From assembly GCA_964647565.1 (NCBI GenBank), contig CAZYIM010000010.1, forward strand, positions 1 to 64,000: a stretch of 64,000 nt of DNA, read 5' to 3'. A model generated the notes under the pieces. The model made no database searches. It was not told the origin of the DNA and was given only the letters and a program-made list of their open reading frames with translations. This DNA is from an uncultured Methanosarcinales archaeon (GTDB lineage Archaea > Nanobdellota > Nanobdellia > Woesearchaeales > CAZYIM01). Positions 1-9,958 of this stretch are shown here, in pieces. A program made the position numbers and the translations under genes. Each line of letters starts with the position of its first letter. Within the stretch, counting starts at the first letter, position 1.

Positions 1-531
1 GAGCCTTATAGACAATATGATAATCAGATTGAGTCTCCAATCCAGATACAGAACGAAACTGTTGATTAAAAAAATCAATATCTCCTGAAGAAATATCCCT
101 CGGGGAATAATCAAATAGAATAGACTTCCTAAAGAAATGATTGTGAGAACTGGATATATGCTTATGGGTACGCCAAAAAAAAGATACAGGAAAAAAAGTT
201 TAGGTATCTCTAACGCATATCTGAGAACCATCTTAAGAAAATCCATGAAGTTCTTCCTAGCCAGAGTAAATACCAAAATCACTAATACAATTAGTATTAT
301 AATCCAATAACTTAGATAAGGGATAAGTGACAGAACGATGAGTAGTAAAAGTGCAAGCACTCTAGTCAGGTTGAGCTTTGCTTTGCTCTCTTTTGAAAAA
401 ATGCTTTTATACTCAAATAAAATACTTTGGAAAATGGTCAGTTTCTTTTCGGGTTCAAATTTTATGGCTATAGCTCCAAGGTAACAGCCTATAATTGCCA
501 CTAGCATGTAAAGTACAGCCACATAATCCAT
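1..531 (-). CDS. Multi-pass membrane protein, 3'-truncated by the window edge (not in ORF track)
   Basis: ATG at 531 just after the radical SAM stop; frame read by hand is open to position 1 (MDYVAVLYMLVAIIGCYLGAIA...); strongly hydrophobic segments. Confidence 0.75.
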   Translation of the reverse strand, partial: MDYVAVLYMLVAIIGCYLGAIAIKFEPEKKLTIFQSILFEYKSIFSKESKAKLNLTRVLALLLLIVLSLIPYLSYWIIILIVLVILVFTLARKNFMDFLKMVLRYALEIPKLFFLYLFFGVPISIYPVLTIISLGSLFYLIIPRGIFLQEILIFLINSFVLYLDWRLNLIIILSIRL

Positions 532-540
532 TTTAAATGA

Positions 541-1623
541 CTAAAACAACCCCCTGAAATAATATTTGGCAATTTTGCCAGTAAGCCTAAAAAGTCCTTT
601 AACACTAAACACTGTATTCAAAGGAATAATACATTCCCAGCTACAAGAACATTTGCTTTTCTTAATAAGTTTTCGCATATGCTTGGATTTTTTAGTATTA
701 AGTATCTTATGTATATCATAATCAGCCTTCTTTAAATTCCCCAAACTCTTGTTAAAATAAATAAGTTCGCAAGGCAGCACATCCCCCATCTCATCAATAA
801 CCACGGCTTTTTGAATAGTCTTACAAGGATAAACCATCTTATGAGTTTCCTCTGTCTCAATGACTACTTCCCTGCAGATCTGATAAAGTGAATGACTTAC
901 TAATGAAAAGCAATCCCTAAATTTGGTTTTTAATCTTTCTTTTTCCATAATCCTAACCAAATTCTTATATGTATCTAAATTGCCCTTCAGCAAATCTCTA
1001 TCTTTAACAGATCCCCGTAAATAAGTTACATCATGGCTCACACCCAAAGTCTTAAGAATAAAATTATGGAGTTTAATAGCGACTGTCCTATTTTTAGGAA
1101 TAATAACAGTATTAAGGTTAAGCTCAAACTGAGGATTCCTCTTGAATTTCTGCAATCTTTCAACAGAGGTAATTACTTTTTTATAGCTTCCTTTTACACC
1201 TCTTATAGAATCATGTTGTTTTTCAAATCCATCCAAAGAAATTGAGACTATAAACTTTAATTTTGAACATGTAGCAAGTACCTCTTTAGTTATCTTTTCC
1301 AATCGCTCAGGATTCTGGCCATTCGAATGAAAAGTAATCATTTTAACAGAATTCTGTTTATAGAATATTCTTATCACATCAATGATATCCTTTCGTAATA
1401 AGGGTTCACCACCTGTAATGCTTAAATAAAAAATCTTTCCAAGTTTAGATGATACTTTCTTTATCTCATTTAAAGTCAACTCTGACTCTTTCTTGTATCC
1501 ATCAATTCTATCTAGATAAAAACAATGATCACATCTAAGGTTACAACCTGCAGTTGTAAAGAAAACAACATAAGGCATCTTGGCTCTATATATTTGATTT
1601 ATGGTCCTAAGCAGTTTGATCAT
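541..1623 (-). CDS. Radical SAM protein with C-terminal SPASM/twitch-like domain
   Basis: CNLRCDHC (CxxxCxxC), ITGGEP, C-terminal PC...GDVLPCE...C.CSWEC. Confidence 0.9.
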   Translation of the reverse strand: MIKLLRTINQIYRAKMPYVVFFTTAGCNLRCDHCFYLDRIDGYKKESELTLNEIKKVSSKLGKIFYLSITGGEPLLRKDIIDVIRIFYKQNSVKMITFHSNGQNPERLEKITKEVLATCSKLKFIVSISLDGFEKQHDSIRGVKGSYKKVITSVERLQKFKRNPQFELNLNTVIIPKNRTVAIKLHNFILKTLGVSHDVTYLRGSVKDRDLLKGNLDTYKNLVRIMEKERLKTKFRDCFSLVSHSLYQICREVVIETEETHKMVYPCKTIQKAVVIDEMGDVLPCELIYFNKSLGNLKKADYDIHKILNTKKSKHMRKLIKKSKCSCSWECIIPLNTVFSVKGLFRLTGKIAKYYFRGLF

Positions 1624-2600
1624 TTTCCAACTAATATCCTCATCACACCTAAAAAGATTCCTGAAGCAATAGCCAAATATCTATAAATTAGCGCAGGTCC
1701 GCATAGCAATGTAAATATCAAGCCTTCTTCTTTTGTAAAATAAATTATCAATCCAGAATTGAGCAAAATGAATATGATAAATATTACTAATGGCATAACT
1801 AACAGTGTGGAAGATAACAAACTAAGAAATAAGGATAGAAACATGAAAAATGTCAGTAGGGTTATCAAAGACTCTGAAAATGTGCCTGTGGCGCCTCCCG
1901 GTTCAAAACGTTGTCTCTTTAAGAAAAGTGGCAGATAAAGAGCCGCTCGTTTCATTAGGGCTCTATTTCTGTGATGTAACTTAATTTCATAATGATCAAA
2001 AAGGATGTTTTTATAGCAGATCATCTTATATCCTTTTTTAGTGAGCCTGTATCCTAATTCAAAATCTTCTATACCTACGCTTTTGTATTTCGTGTTGAAT
2101 CCGCCTACAGAATTAAAAGCTGTCTTCTCAATTAAACAGCAAGGAGTTTGAAGATGATAGTATCTTCTCTTAGTTTCATTTTGTTTCCATCCCACGGCAT
2201 AGTAATCTTTCAAGGCATTGAACTTCGCCCCAAAAGTATTAGCAAGATATTTTTTAGATTGACTGGCTCCAATGATTACACGGCCTTGTTCAGATTTATA
2301 TTTCTCAACCATTTCTTTTAGAGTGTCTGGATATATCATCACGTCTGCATCAACAAATACAATCAAATCAGATTTAGCATACTCAACACCCACGTTTCTA
2401 GCATTGGCAACACCTTTATTTTTTTGAAGTTTTATTATTTGACAATCGTATTTTTGAGCTATATCAGCAGTGTCATCCATAGAGCAATCATCAACTACAA
2501 TGACCTCGAAATGCTTATAGCTGGAGCTGAACACAGAATCAAGACAGTCCTTTAAAGTTTCCCCCCCCTTAAATACAGGAACAACAACCGATACCCTCAT
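1620..2600 (-). CDS. Glycosyltransferase family 2 with C-terminal TM helices
   Basis: VSVVVPV, EVIVVDDCS, ARNVG, FVDAD, EDFELGYR motifs. Confidence 0.92.
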   Translation of the reverse strand: MRVSVVVPVFKGGETLKDCLDSVFSSSYKHFEVIVVDDCSMDDTADIAQKYDCQIIKLQKNKGVANARNVGVEYAKSDLIVFVDADVMIYPDTLKEMVEKYKSEQGRVIIGASQSKKYLANTFGAKFNALKDYYAVGWKQNETKRRYYHLQTPCCLIEKTAFNSVGGFNTKYKSVGIEDFELGYRLTKKGYKMICYKNILFDHYEIKLHHRNRALMKRAALYLPLFLKRQRFEPGGATGTFSESLITLLTFFMFLSLFLSLLSSTLLVMPLVIFIIFILLNSGLIIYFTKEEGLIFTLLCGPALIYRYLAIASGIFLGVMRILVGK

Positions 2601-2701
2601 GTAACAATAATTAAAGAAGACCGGTTTTTATAGTTTCCTTTTTTCATAATTATAAACAAACAAAAAAATATTAATAAGATTAACCACGGAGAATACAAAG
2701 G

Positions 2702-4537
2702 ATGATTCTTAAGAAGAAGCTAGGGGGTTTTATTAAACTCGAATCCAATTGGACAGCTTTAGTCGTATTTATCGTTCTCACCCTATTCTTCTTCCATCAT
2801 ATCTTAACAAATTTAGATTATGAAGCGGATTATGACTGGAAGCAAGTCCAGTTCTATCACGAATCTGCAAGAAAAAGTATTGTTGAATATGGACAATTAC
2901 CCCTATGGAATCCATATGAATGCGGTGGAAATGTACTTCTAGCCAATCCACAACAAAGAGTTCTCTCACCTATGTTTATATTTACTATTCTCTTTGGTAC
3001 TATCATAGGTCTCAAGATAGAAGTTGTACTCCATCTTATACTTGGCTGTCTAGGTATGTTTGTACTTGCTAAACATTTTAAGCTCAAAGGAGTTTTTGCG
3101 TATATTCCGCCTATAGTTTTCATGTTCTCTGCACTTTTTATCCGGAATCTACAGGCAGGAAGCTACGACATCCTGCCAATGGCATATATGCCGTTTGTAA
3201 TATATTATTTTCTAAGAGGACTAGAACAAAGCAAATATATATTCATTAGCTGCATATTTTTAGTCTTCACGTGGTTTGAAGGTGGAATATATGTTTTTAT
3301 TGGTTTAATAATATTCCTAGCGATCTATACATTATTTATATACATTGAAAAAAAAGATCCTCGATGTTTCCTAGCATACGTAAAACTTATGGTTGTGACA
3401 TTTATCTTTGGGGCGATTAAGTTCATTCCAAATTTATTTCTTTTCTTCCACACCAAAAGAGTTTTCCAGTTGAAAACAGGAATAGGCATTCTTGATCTTC
3501 TTCAAACCATGATATTCCCCACTGTTTCCCATCTTGATATGAACCAAACTGAATATGTATTATATGTTGGGATAATAATAACCTTATTATTCCTATTAGG
3601 CGCTGTCTTATGCTGGAAAAAGAATAAAACTTTAATCTTAACAACAGGTGTGATGACATTAATCATCATGGGATTTGAATCATCAATACCTATCTGGCCC
3701 TTGATGAAATTTCTACCCATCTTTAACTCATTATGGTATCCGATGAGATTCAGGATTTTATTATTATTAGCGATTGCAATCCTTTCCGCGGCAGGACTTG
3801 AAAAAATCATATCAATTTTCGAAAGAAAGGTCAGATATAAAAAAAAGATCAAGAAGTATGCGATTTTAATAATTGTCTTAGGGATTATATTGTTTAACGT
3901 ATGTCTATATAAATCTGAATTAAATTATTCCTGGTCACATATCTTCTTTATAGTGCCAAAGAACCTGGAAAAGCAGGAACAGTTTAATCTATATCAACCT
4001 TCAAATCAAGAAATGAAAGTAGATGTATTCGTCACTAGCCACAATTGGGATTATGTTCGGCAAAATAAAGGCTCAACACACTGCTATGAAGCAGCACCTA
4101 TTCCGAATGCTAAAAGAGAAGGAACGTTCTATTATTGGGTAGGTTATGCCATGGGTAAAGGATATTCGGGTTATATTGGAACTTCATATCTTTTCAAACA
4201 AGAAACAGTTCAGGAAGTCATATCTTGGTCTCCAAACAGGGTTAAGATAAAAGTAAGAACTGGTGAAGAGGATACACTAATCCTCAATCAAAACCATTAT
4301 TCCGGATGGCATGCAGATATCTTATACAAAGATGGGACTACCAAAAGGTTCCGCACAGCGGAAACCGAGCATGTTGTATCAATCCCTGTTGATTCAACAG
4401 TTGATATTGTAGAATTCTACTATCTTCCCACAAGAATAATATCAAGTTTTGTATTAAGTATACTAGGTATAGTAATAGTAATTTATTTTGGATTTATAAA
4501 AAAACCAAGAAAAATAAAAAAGAATAAAAAAAAATAA
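2702..4537 (+). CDS. Polytopic membrane protein, YfhO-like / GT-C-fold glycosyltransferase candidate
   Basis: GQLPLWNPYECGGN motif, many TM segments, C-terminal LILNQNHYSGWHA...YLP region typical of YfhO-like proteins. Confidence 0.7.
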   Translation: MILKKKLGGFIKLESNWTALVVFIVLTLFFFHHILTNLDYEADYDWKQVQFYHESARKSIVEYGQLPLWNPYECGGNVLLANPQQRVLSPMFIFTILFGTIIGLKIEVVLHLILGCLGMFVLAKHFKLKGVFAYIPPIVFMFSALFIRNLQAGSYDILPMAYMPFVIYYFLRGLEQSKYIFISCIFLVFTWFEGGIYVFIGLIIFLAIYTLFIYIEKKDPRCFLAYVKLMVVTFIFGAIKFIPNLFLFFHTKRVFQLKTGIGILDLLQTMIFPTVSHLDMNQTEYVLYVGIIITLLFLLGAVLCWKKNKTLILTTGVMTLIIMGFESSIPIWPLMKFLPIFNSLWYPMRFRILLLLAIAILSAAGLEKIISIFERKVRYKKKIKKYAILIIVLGIILFNVCLYKSELNYSWSHIFFIVPKNLEKQEQFNLYQPSNQEMKVDVFVTSHNWDYVRQNKGSTHCYEAAPIPNAKREGTFYYWVGYAMGKGYSGYIGTSYLFKQETVQEVISWSPNRVKIKVRTGEEDTLILNQNHYSGWHADILYKDGTTKRFRTAETEHVVSIPVDSTVDIVEFYYLPTRIISSFVLSILGIVIVIYFGFIKKPRKIKKNKKK

Positions 4538-4542
4538 ATAGT

Positions 4543-4803
4543 TTATTCTACTACCTTAAATACAGTATCGTGTTCTCTTACATGCTCACTAACTTTTAGA
4601 CCTATACTTTGACCAGCTTTAGCTTCTTCCACTGATTCATGGTCAATCTGCATAGAGTCAATCTTCTGAGTAAAATCAGATGTTGCACCCTTTACATGTA
4701 TAGTATCCCCTACTTTCAGTACATCACTAGTAATCTCTATAACACCAACACTGATATGTCCAAAAAAATGAGTTATTTTTCCAATCTCTATTTCTTCAGC
4801 CAT
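4543..4803 (-). CDS. Small translation-elongation-factor-like beta-barrel protein (EF-Tu domain II / U32 C-terminal-like)
   Basis: IGKITHFF...LKVGDTIHVKG...SMQIDHESVEEAKAGQSIGLKV. Confidence 0.75.
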   Translation of the reverse strand: MAEEIEIGKITHFFGHISVGVIEITSDVLKVGDTIHVKGATSDFTQKIDSMQIDHESVEEAKAGQSIGLKVSEHVREHDTVFKVVE

Positions 4804-4818
4804 AATAAAGACCTCCTA

Positions 4819-5637
4819 TTATTTACTAGCTTTTGTCTCAGCCTTCTTTTTTTTCTTTTTCTTTGCACCTAGCACAATTAAGAAAACTATCAGAGCTATT
4901 ATAACCACAACCACAACTATTGCGATGATTATATAGGTCATCAAAAGGTTTGCAGGTTTATCTTTGCAGTCGGCGATACAATTATGAAAGTCTTCCCTCG
5001 GATCACATATCACATTACCACAGGTGCAATCGGAATCTCTGTTCTCTCTAGCCTGGTCTGTGCAATCGGGATCACAAGTTCCATCATACATTTCATCACA
5101 ATAACCATCTGCAGTCCCCGAAGGACAATCTGCTCTACAGGACAAAGAATTTTCACCTCTATCTGTCTGGCAGGTTGAATCCTCATTACAAAGATCTATA
5201 TCAGACTCAAACAAGACCTTATCTTTATGCTTAATCTGGAATTTTACCGCATCAATCAAATAAGGCACTCGTAGTATCATCTCAACTTTATCCCTTGCCA
5301 CATTACCAAATTTACCGATATTTTCTTCTTCCCCTTCTGGAAATGGAAATGCTTTTTCAGGATCTACAGGGGTTGCCCAAGCTTCAAATGTAGCTGTAAA
5401 GTAGGTTGTATGCAACACTTTACTTGTAGAGTCTAATAGACTTAAGCGGTACTCTGATGAATCAACCTCATCCATGCCAAGACTGCCCTCATAGGCTCTC
5501 ATATCGACGAGCTCAACTGAATCATCTTCTCCAAGATTAAATTCAATGACCAATAACTTGCCAAACTGTGCAGTTGCAAACACGGACATCAGTAAGGCCA
5601 CCAAAACAATTGGAATTAATAGTTTTACTCCTTTCAT
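4819..5637 (-). CDS. Secreted, C-terminally membrane-anchored Cys-rich protein
   Basis: Signal peptide; Cys-rich repeats (CGNVICDPREDFHNCIADC); C-terminal TM followed by poly-Lys; ATG at 5637 preceded by GAGGTG. Confidence 0.8.
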   Translation of the reverse strand: MKGVKLLIPIVLVALLMSVFATAQFGKLLVIEFNLGEDDSVELVDMRAYEGSLGMDEVDSSEYRLSLLDSTSKVLHTTYFTATFEAWATPVDPEKAFPFPEGEEENIGKFGNVARDKVEMILRVPYLIDAVKFQIKHKDKVLFESDIDLCNEDSTCQTDRGENSLSCRADCPSGTADGYCDEMYDGTCDPDCTDQARENRDSDCTCGNVICDPREDFHNCIADCKDKPANLLMTYIIIAIVVVVVIIALIVFLIVLGAKKKKKKKAETKASK

Positions 5638-5641
5638 TTTC

Positions 5642-6703
5642 TCACACCTCAAAATGTCCTAACAGACCTTTTAAGTGTCTGTTCGCGGCAGGTCCAAAAT
5701 GGTCTTGAGGCCAAGCATACCCCATTATGTCAGTCATTTTATCAGACTCGCTGCAATCAGCTGCATTAGGACCTCTACAAGCACCTGCTTCTTCACCAGT
5801 TGCATCAATATGCCATAAGCCCAACTGATGCCCTGCTTCGTGAGGTACTGTGTTGTAACAATATACACCTCCTCCTACGTATTTCCTTGCTCTGGAAACA
5901 CTTGTCAAAGAGGGTATGCCTCCTGCACATCCACAAAGCAACATCCAATTGCCGCCCCCTATATCCACCTTGACATCATCTCTGCTAACACCAAAGATTT
6001 TGTCAGCATAACCTAATAAGCCTGCATTTCTTGCACAGTTCTGTGCAACAGTCTGACAATCCCTACAAACATCATTACATTTATAGTCAGGGCAAACTTT
6101 CGGATCAACATAGTGTATCCGCATATATTTCTTGTCAATAGGTAAGTACAATTTAAAAAGATCCATCTCAGGAACAGCCTTTTCCAAAAAACCTGCCAGT
6201 TCATTCCTACCATACGCAATTGGTACAACTGCAACAGTAAATGCATCCTTACAACCACCAGAGGTACATACCTGATTATCCCTACAATCAAGATCATCAC
6301 TACATGCAGGAGCCTTATAAATGAATATGCGCCCATCTGTGATGGCCTGAATAGTATCTGGCGCAGGATTTTCTGAATTTGCTAGGGCTAATAAGGTATC
6401 ATAATCAGTCACTACCATATATGTTGGATTAGAAGGTCTTCCTGTATGTATAGTATCGACAAGACCATCTCTCAATATTAATCCAACGTCATCATATCCA
6501 ATTCGTGCATGATAGACCTCGTCTTTCCCAACTAAGTTTCCTGGAATCTTTGCCAGTACTGAGTTTAGTTTAGACACTTGGTTTCTGAGTTCAGTATCAC
6601 TTTGCACAATATCTTTAAGTTCACTCTTAGTCATTGCCTGAACAGAAAAAGCAAAAACGAACATTAATAATATTATAAAAGACATAATTATCGTATTCTT
6701 CAC
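5642..6703 (-). CDS. Secreted metzincin-type zinc metalloprotease
   Basis: HEAGHQLGLWH = HExxHxxGxxH, downstream DIMGY Met-turn; signal peptide; GTG at 6703 follows GGGGGTGA SD. Confidence 0.8.
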   Translation of the reverse strand: MKNTIIMSFIILLMFVFAFSVQAMTKSELKDIVQSDTELRNQVSKLNSVLAKIPGNLVGKDEVYHARIGYDDVGLILRDGLVDTIHTGRPSNPTYMVVTDYDTLLALANSENPAPDTIQAITDGRIFIYKAPACSDDLDCRDNQVCTSGGCKDAFTVAVVPIAYGRNELAGFLEKAVPEMDLFKLYLPIDKKYMRIHYVDPKVCPDYKCNDVCRDCQTVAQNCARNAGLLGYADKIFGVSRDDVKVDIGGGNWMLLCGCAGGIPSLTSVSRARKYVGGGVYCYNTVPHEAGHQLGLWHIDATGEEAGACRGPNAADCSESDKMTDIMGYAWPQDHFGPAANRHLKGLLGHFEV

Positions 6704-6747
6704 TATTATCACCCCCAATAATAATTAAATAAAAATAAGAAAAAAAA

Positions 6748-7053
6748 TTATATTCCCTTAAACCAATCCTGTGCTAATTTACCTAAAAGAGGAATCTCTT
6801 TTTTCTGTCCCTGGATAGCGCCAATCAAGCCAATTATCCAAAATACAAACAGCACAAGACTGATGATCCAACCAACAAAAGGAATCCAGCCAAGTACAAT
6901 TGCAGCAATCATCAACAATAGAGTTTGCCTGATATGAAATTTAGCGAATTCGCTTTTCTTTTCTTGGTTCATAACAAGAGCAATTATCCAACCTATAATG
7001 GTTATGTAGGATAGAATTGCTGCGGTCTTACCTTCTTCAATATCATTTGCCAT
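6748..7053 (-). CDS. DUF4870-like small membrane protein
   Basis: AILSYI...FAKFHIRQ...GWIPFVGW...IPLLG pattern. Confidence 0.8.
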   Translation of the reverse strand: MANDIEEGKTAAILSYITIIGWIIALVMNQEKKSEFAKFHIRQTLLLMIAAIVLGWIPFVGWIISLVLFVFWIIGLIGAIQGQKKEIPLLGKLAQDWFKGI

Positions 7054-7115
7054 TAAATTCACCCCCTAATCATATAAAATATACACACAATTAAATAAAA
7101 TTAAAAATATAAAAA

Positions 7116-7853
7116 CTAGTCGTTATCTACCCTCGGTGCAAGAATAAACTCCATCTGTAGCTTATTCAAGATGTTATAGGAAAGTTTCAAGGGATAGTCT
7201 TTGCTGAAATTTATGACAACACTATCGCTCAATTTAGATCCTTGAATCATCTTCTTGAGGTACTCAATTGAGTATTTGGACTTGACTTGCTCTTTAGCCA
7301 CAATTTTCGTGTCTTTATCTGCTTTGATTTCGACCACAGCTCTGCTTAAGTCTCCTGCGGCAGAAATTAGCATAGTCTTTTCTTCTGCTGAAAAATTTAC
7401 GCTTTCTGCAACAATATCAACGTCCTCAATCGCTTCATTCAAAATATCCGACTTGGTCGTAACTGTTGCTGAAAAGCTAAGATTGGGCATTTTTTGCTCT
7501 TTTTCTTCAAGATTAATCAGTGGCAGAAAAAATGTCCTTGTAGTATTGCTTTTGAATAGGATTTTAAGCTTATTCTCTTCAAGGCCTAAGGTTACAACAT
7601 CGTTGGTTTTGGCTCTCCTAAGAACTTGTTTTAAATCATTTAGATTAATAGATATTATGGACTCTTCTTTTACGTCATATTCAACAAAGGTACTACTTAG
7701 AAGCTTGAAAATAATCATAGCTACGTTTGCAGGATCCATTGCAATTAGTTCCATTGCATCAGGAGTGATCTTAAATCTTGCTTCTGCAACTATATCTGCT
7801 ATAATACCTATGCTGTCTTTGATAAATTTAGGTTCTGCTAATGTGAGTTTCAT
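7116..7853 (-). CDS. pcn: DNA polymerase sliding clamp PCNA
   Basis: AMDPANVAM, SKYSIEYL, DYPL, FILAPRV motifs; 245 aa. Confidence 0.97.
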   Translation of the reverse strand: MKLTLAEPKFIKDSIGIIADIVAEARFKITPDAMELIAMDPANVAMIIFKLLSSTFVEYDVKEESIISINLNDLKQVLRRAKTNDVVTLGLEENKLKILFKSNTTRTFFLPLINLEEKEQKMPNLSFSATVTTKSDILNEAIEDVDIVAESVNFSAEEKTMLISAAGDLSRAVVEIKADKDTKIVAKEQVKSKYSIEYLKKMIQGSKLSDSVVINFSKDYPLKLSYNILNKLQMEFILAPRVDND

Positions 7854-7938
7854 ACATGTACCTCCGGAAATAAATAGTTTATTTCAACCCCCATTAATTC
7901 ATAAATTTATGAAAATTTAAAAACTTTTTCATTATAGC

Positions 7939-9255
7939 TCAAGTTAGACGCAGAATCTGGCCATTGTTCAGCAAATGAATCTTATCTAGCTCATAATTCA
8001 TATCTAAAGCTAAGTCTTTGAGCGCCTCTCTCATCTCTTGATCACCATGTGTTGGAATGATATGTTCTGGCGTTACCAAATGCAATAAGTCTCGATGATC
8101 TTCTCTTGCAGCATGCCCAGATACATGAATATCACTAAATATCCTAATATGTTTTTGCTTCAATGCGGCTTCCAATTTGGCTCTATTCTCATAGTTAATA
8201 TCCACTGGAATAGTTTTACATGAAAATATGACATGGTCCTCTTCTTTGAATGGAAACAAGCCTGTGTAAATCATCCTTGCTAAAATAGCCTTAGGTTCTC
8301 CTTGATGACCTGTAACAACAAACAAGTATTTCTCAGGATTTTTAATCTTTGAGAAGAATTTTTTTGCCTTGCCACCATATTTGACAATTTCCACACTCTT
8401 TGAAAAATTCACAATACCAATATTCTCAGCAGCTTGGACATATTTAGCAAGAGATCTGCCTACAAACGCAATCTTACGGCCCATCATCTTACCAATCTCT
8501 ACAACGGATTTCAACCTGGCTAAATGACTTGAAAAGGTCGTAATGACTATGGCCTTGCCCTCTGAGTTGACACCTAATAGCACATCCTTTAACATTTCTC
8601 TTGCAATTGCTTCAGAAGGTGTCTTGATAGGACTATGTGCATATAAGGAATCAACAATCAAAACCCTCACATGGAGTTTCTTTAATCGCGCAAAATTTGG
8701 CTTGTCTCCAAAAACAGGCGCACTGTCAAATTTATAGTCATTTGCATATAACACAACACCATATTTAGTGTGCACTGCAATCATCACAGTCTGAGGTACA
8801 GAATGAGTCATGTTAATAAATTCAATTTTCATATTAGGGGAAACCTTAAAGCTCGAGTTAGTGTCATGGCTGACAAGCTCGTTCCGTATAGCCATGTTAT
8901 CATCTCGAATTATAGTCTTCAGAACCTCAATAGTAAAGGGTGTTGCATGAATATCACAATTAAACTTATTGCTCAGATATGGCACACCTCCTACATGATC
9001 CAAATGTGCATGTGTTACACAAATTGCCTTAACCTTGTTCTTCAAGTGCATTATTTTAGAAATGTCAGGGATTGCACCTATATCCATTAGTTTTTTTGGA
9101 GTCAAATCGACTATGTCTTCGTCCTCAGTGAATGAAATATATTTCTCCATCTGAAGACCCATATCTAGAATTACAACATCATCATCCGCTTTGATAGCAA
9201 CACAATTCCTTCCAATCTCCCCATATCCGCCGACAGGAATTATTTCTAATGGCAT
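7939..9255 (-). CDS. rnj: Ribonuclease J (beta-CASP metallo-beta-lactamase)
   Basis: GGYGEIGRN, THAHLDHVG, HS, TGHQGEP, HVSGH, IPTHG motifs. Confidence 0.93.
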   Translation of the reverse strand: MPLEIIPVGGYGEIGRNCVAIKADDDVVILDMGLQMEKYISFTEDEDIVDLTPKKLMDIGAIPDISKIMHLKNKVKAICVTHAHLDHVGGVPYLSNKFNCDIHATPFTIEVLKTIIRDDNMAIRNELVSHDTNSSFKVSPNMKIEFINMTHSVPQTVMIAVHTKYGVVLYANDYKFDSAPVFGDKPNFARLKKLHVRVLIVDSLYAHSPIKTPSEAIAREMLKDVLLGVNSEGKAIVITTFSSHLARLKSVVEIGKMMGRKIAFVGRSLAKYVQAAENIGIVNFSKSVEIVKYGGKAKKFFSKIKNPEKYLFVVTGHQGEPKAILARMIYTGLFPFKEEDHVIFSCKTIPVDINYENRAKLEAALKQKHIRIFSDIHVSGHAAREDHRDLLHLVTPEHIIPTHGDQEMREALKDLALDMNYELDKIHLLNNGQILRLT

Positions 9256-9334
9256 ATGACAACTTTGCTATCTCAGATATATAAATCTATCGGAGTAGTA
9301 ATAAAAAAATGCTAGAAAAATAAATATTTAAAAT

Positions 9335-9718
9335 TTAAGAAATCTGTTGTAGTTTTTTCTCAATGTTCTGCAAGTTAGCTTCTAGCTTTTCAAGCTGTGA
9401 AATTTGCTTGGATTCCTCAATTGCCTTTTTCACAGTCTTTTTTGCTGGAGCGGAGATTCCTTTTTTTGGTTTGGGAGAAAATCGCTCAATTCTATGCTTC
9501 GCAAGCATAATATTAATTTTAGAAATAAGGAGCTTAATCTCTTTAATCTGTTTCTTGAAATTGCTTATTGCCTCTAGTTTTTTAGCCCGGGCAGACAATA
9601 ATCTTTCATAAGCCTTTAAACTATTTAATTCGATTTTTGAGGATTCAAGTATTTGCTTTCTAAATAGAGTTGGTTTAGTCAACCGAACAAAAAAACTCTC
9701 TTTTTCTGTTGATGTCAT
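9335..9718 (-). CDS. Hypothetical basic coiled-coil protein
   Basis: 127-aa ORF in a tight operon; heptad-rich. Confidence 0.75.
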   Translation of the reverse strand: MTSTEKESFFVRLTKPTLFRKQILESSKIELNSLKAYERLLSARAKKLEAISNFKKQIKEIKLLISKINIMLAKHRIERFSPKPKKGISAPAKKTVKKAIEESKQISQLEKLEANLQNIEKKLQQIS

Positions 9719-9726
9719 TCTATTGC

Positions 9727-9954
9727 CTACTTAGACGATTCAAATAAGGTCTTATTGATATCTGCGATGTTTTTAGTGATTACATCTAAATTTTTCGACC
9801 ATAATTCAATCTCTTTATCTTCTTCAGATTTTAATTCATTGATCTTACCAATGGTCTCTTTTGCTTTGGCAGTCTTTTCTTTAATTACGTCGATAATATC
9901 TAGGATTTCCTTATACTCATCGATTTTTACAAAAACAGGAGCTAGATCTTCCAT
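9727..9954 (-). CDS. Hypothetical small coiled-coil protein (PVFVKIDEY motif)
   Basis: 75-aa ORF with GAGGTGA SD upstream. Confidence 0.8.
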   Translation of the reverse strand: MEDLAPVFVKIDEYKEILDIIDVIKEKTAKAKETIGKINELKSEEDKEIELWSKNLDVITKNIADINKTLFESSK

Positions 9955-9958
9955 AGTT

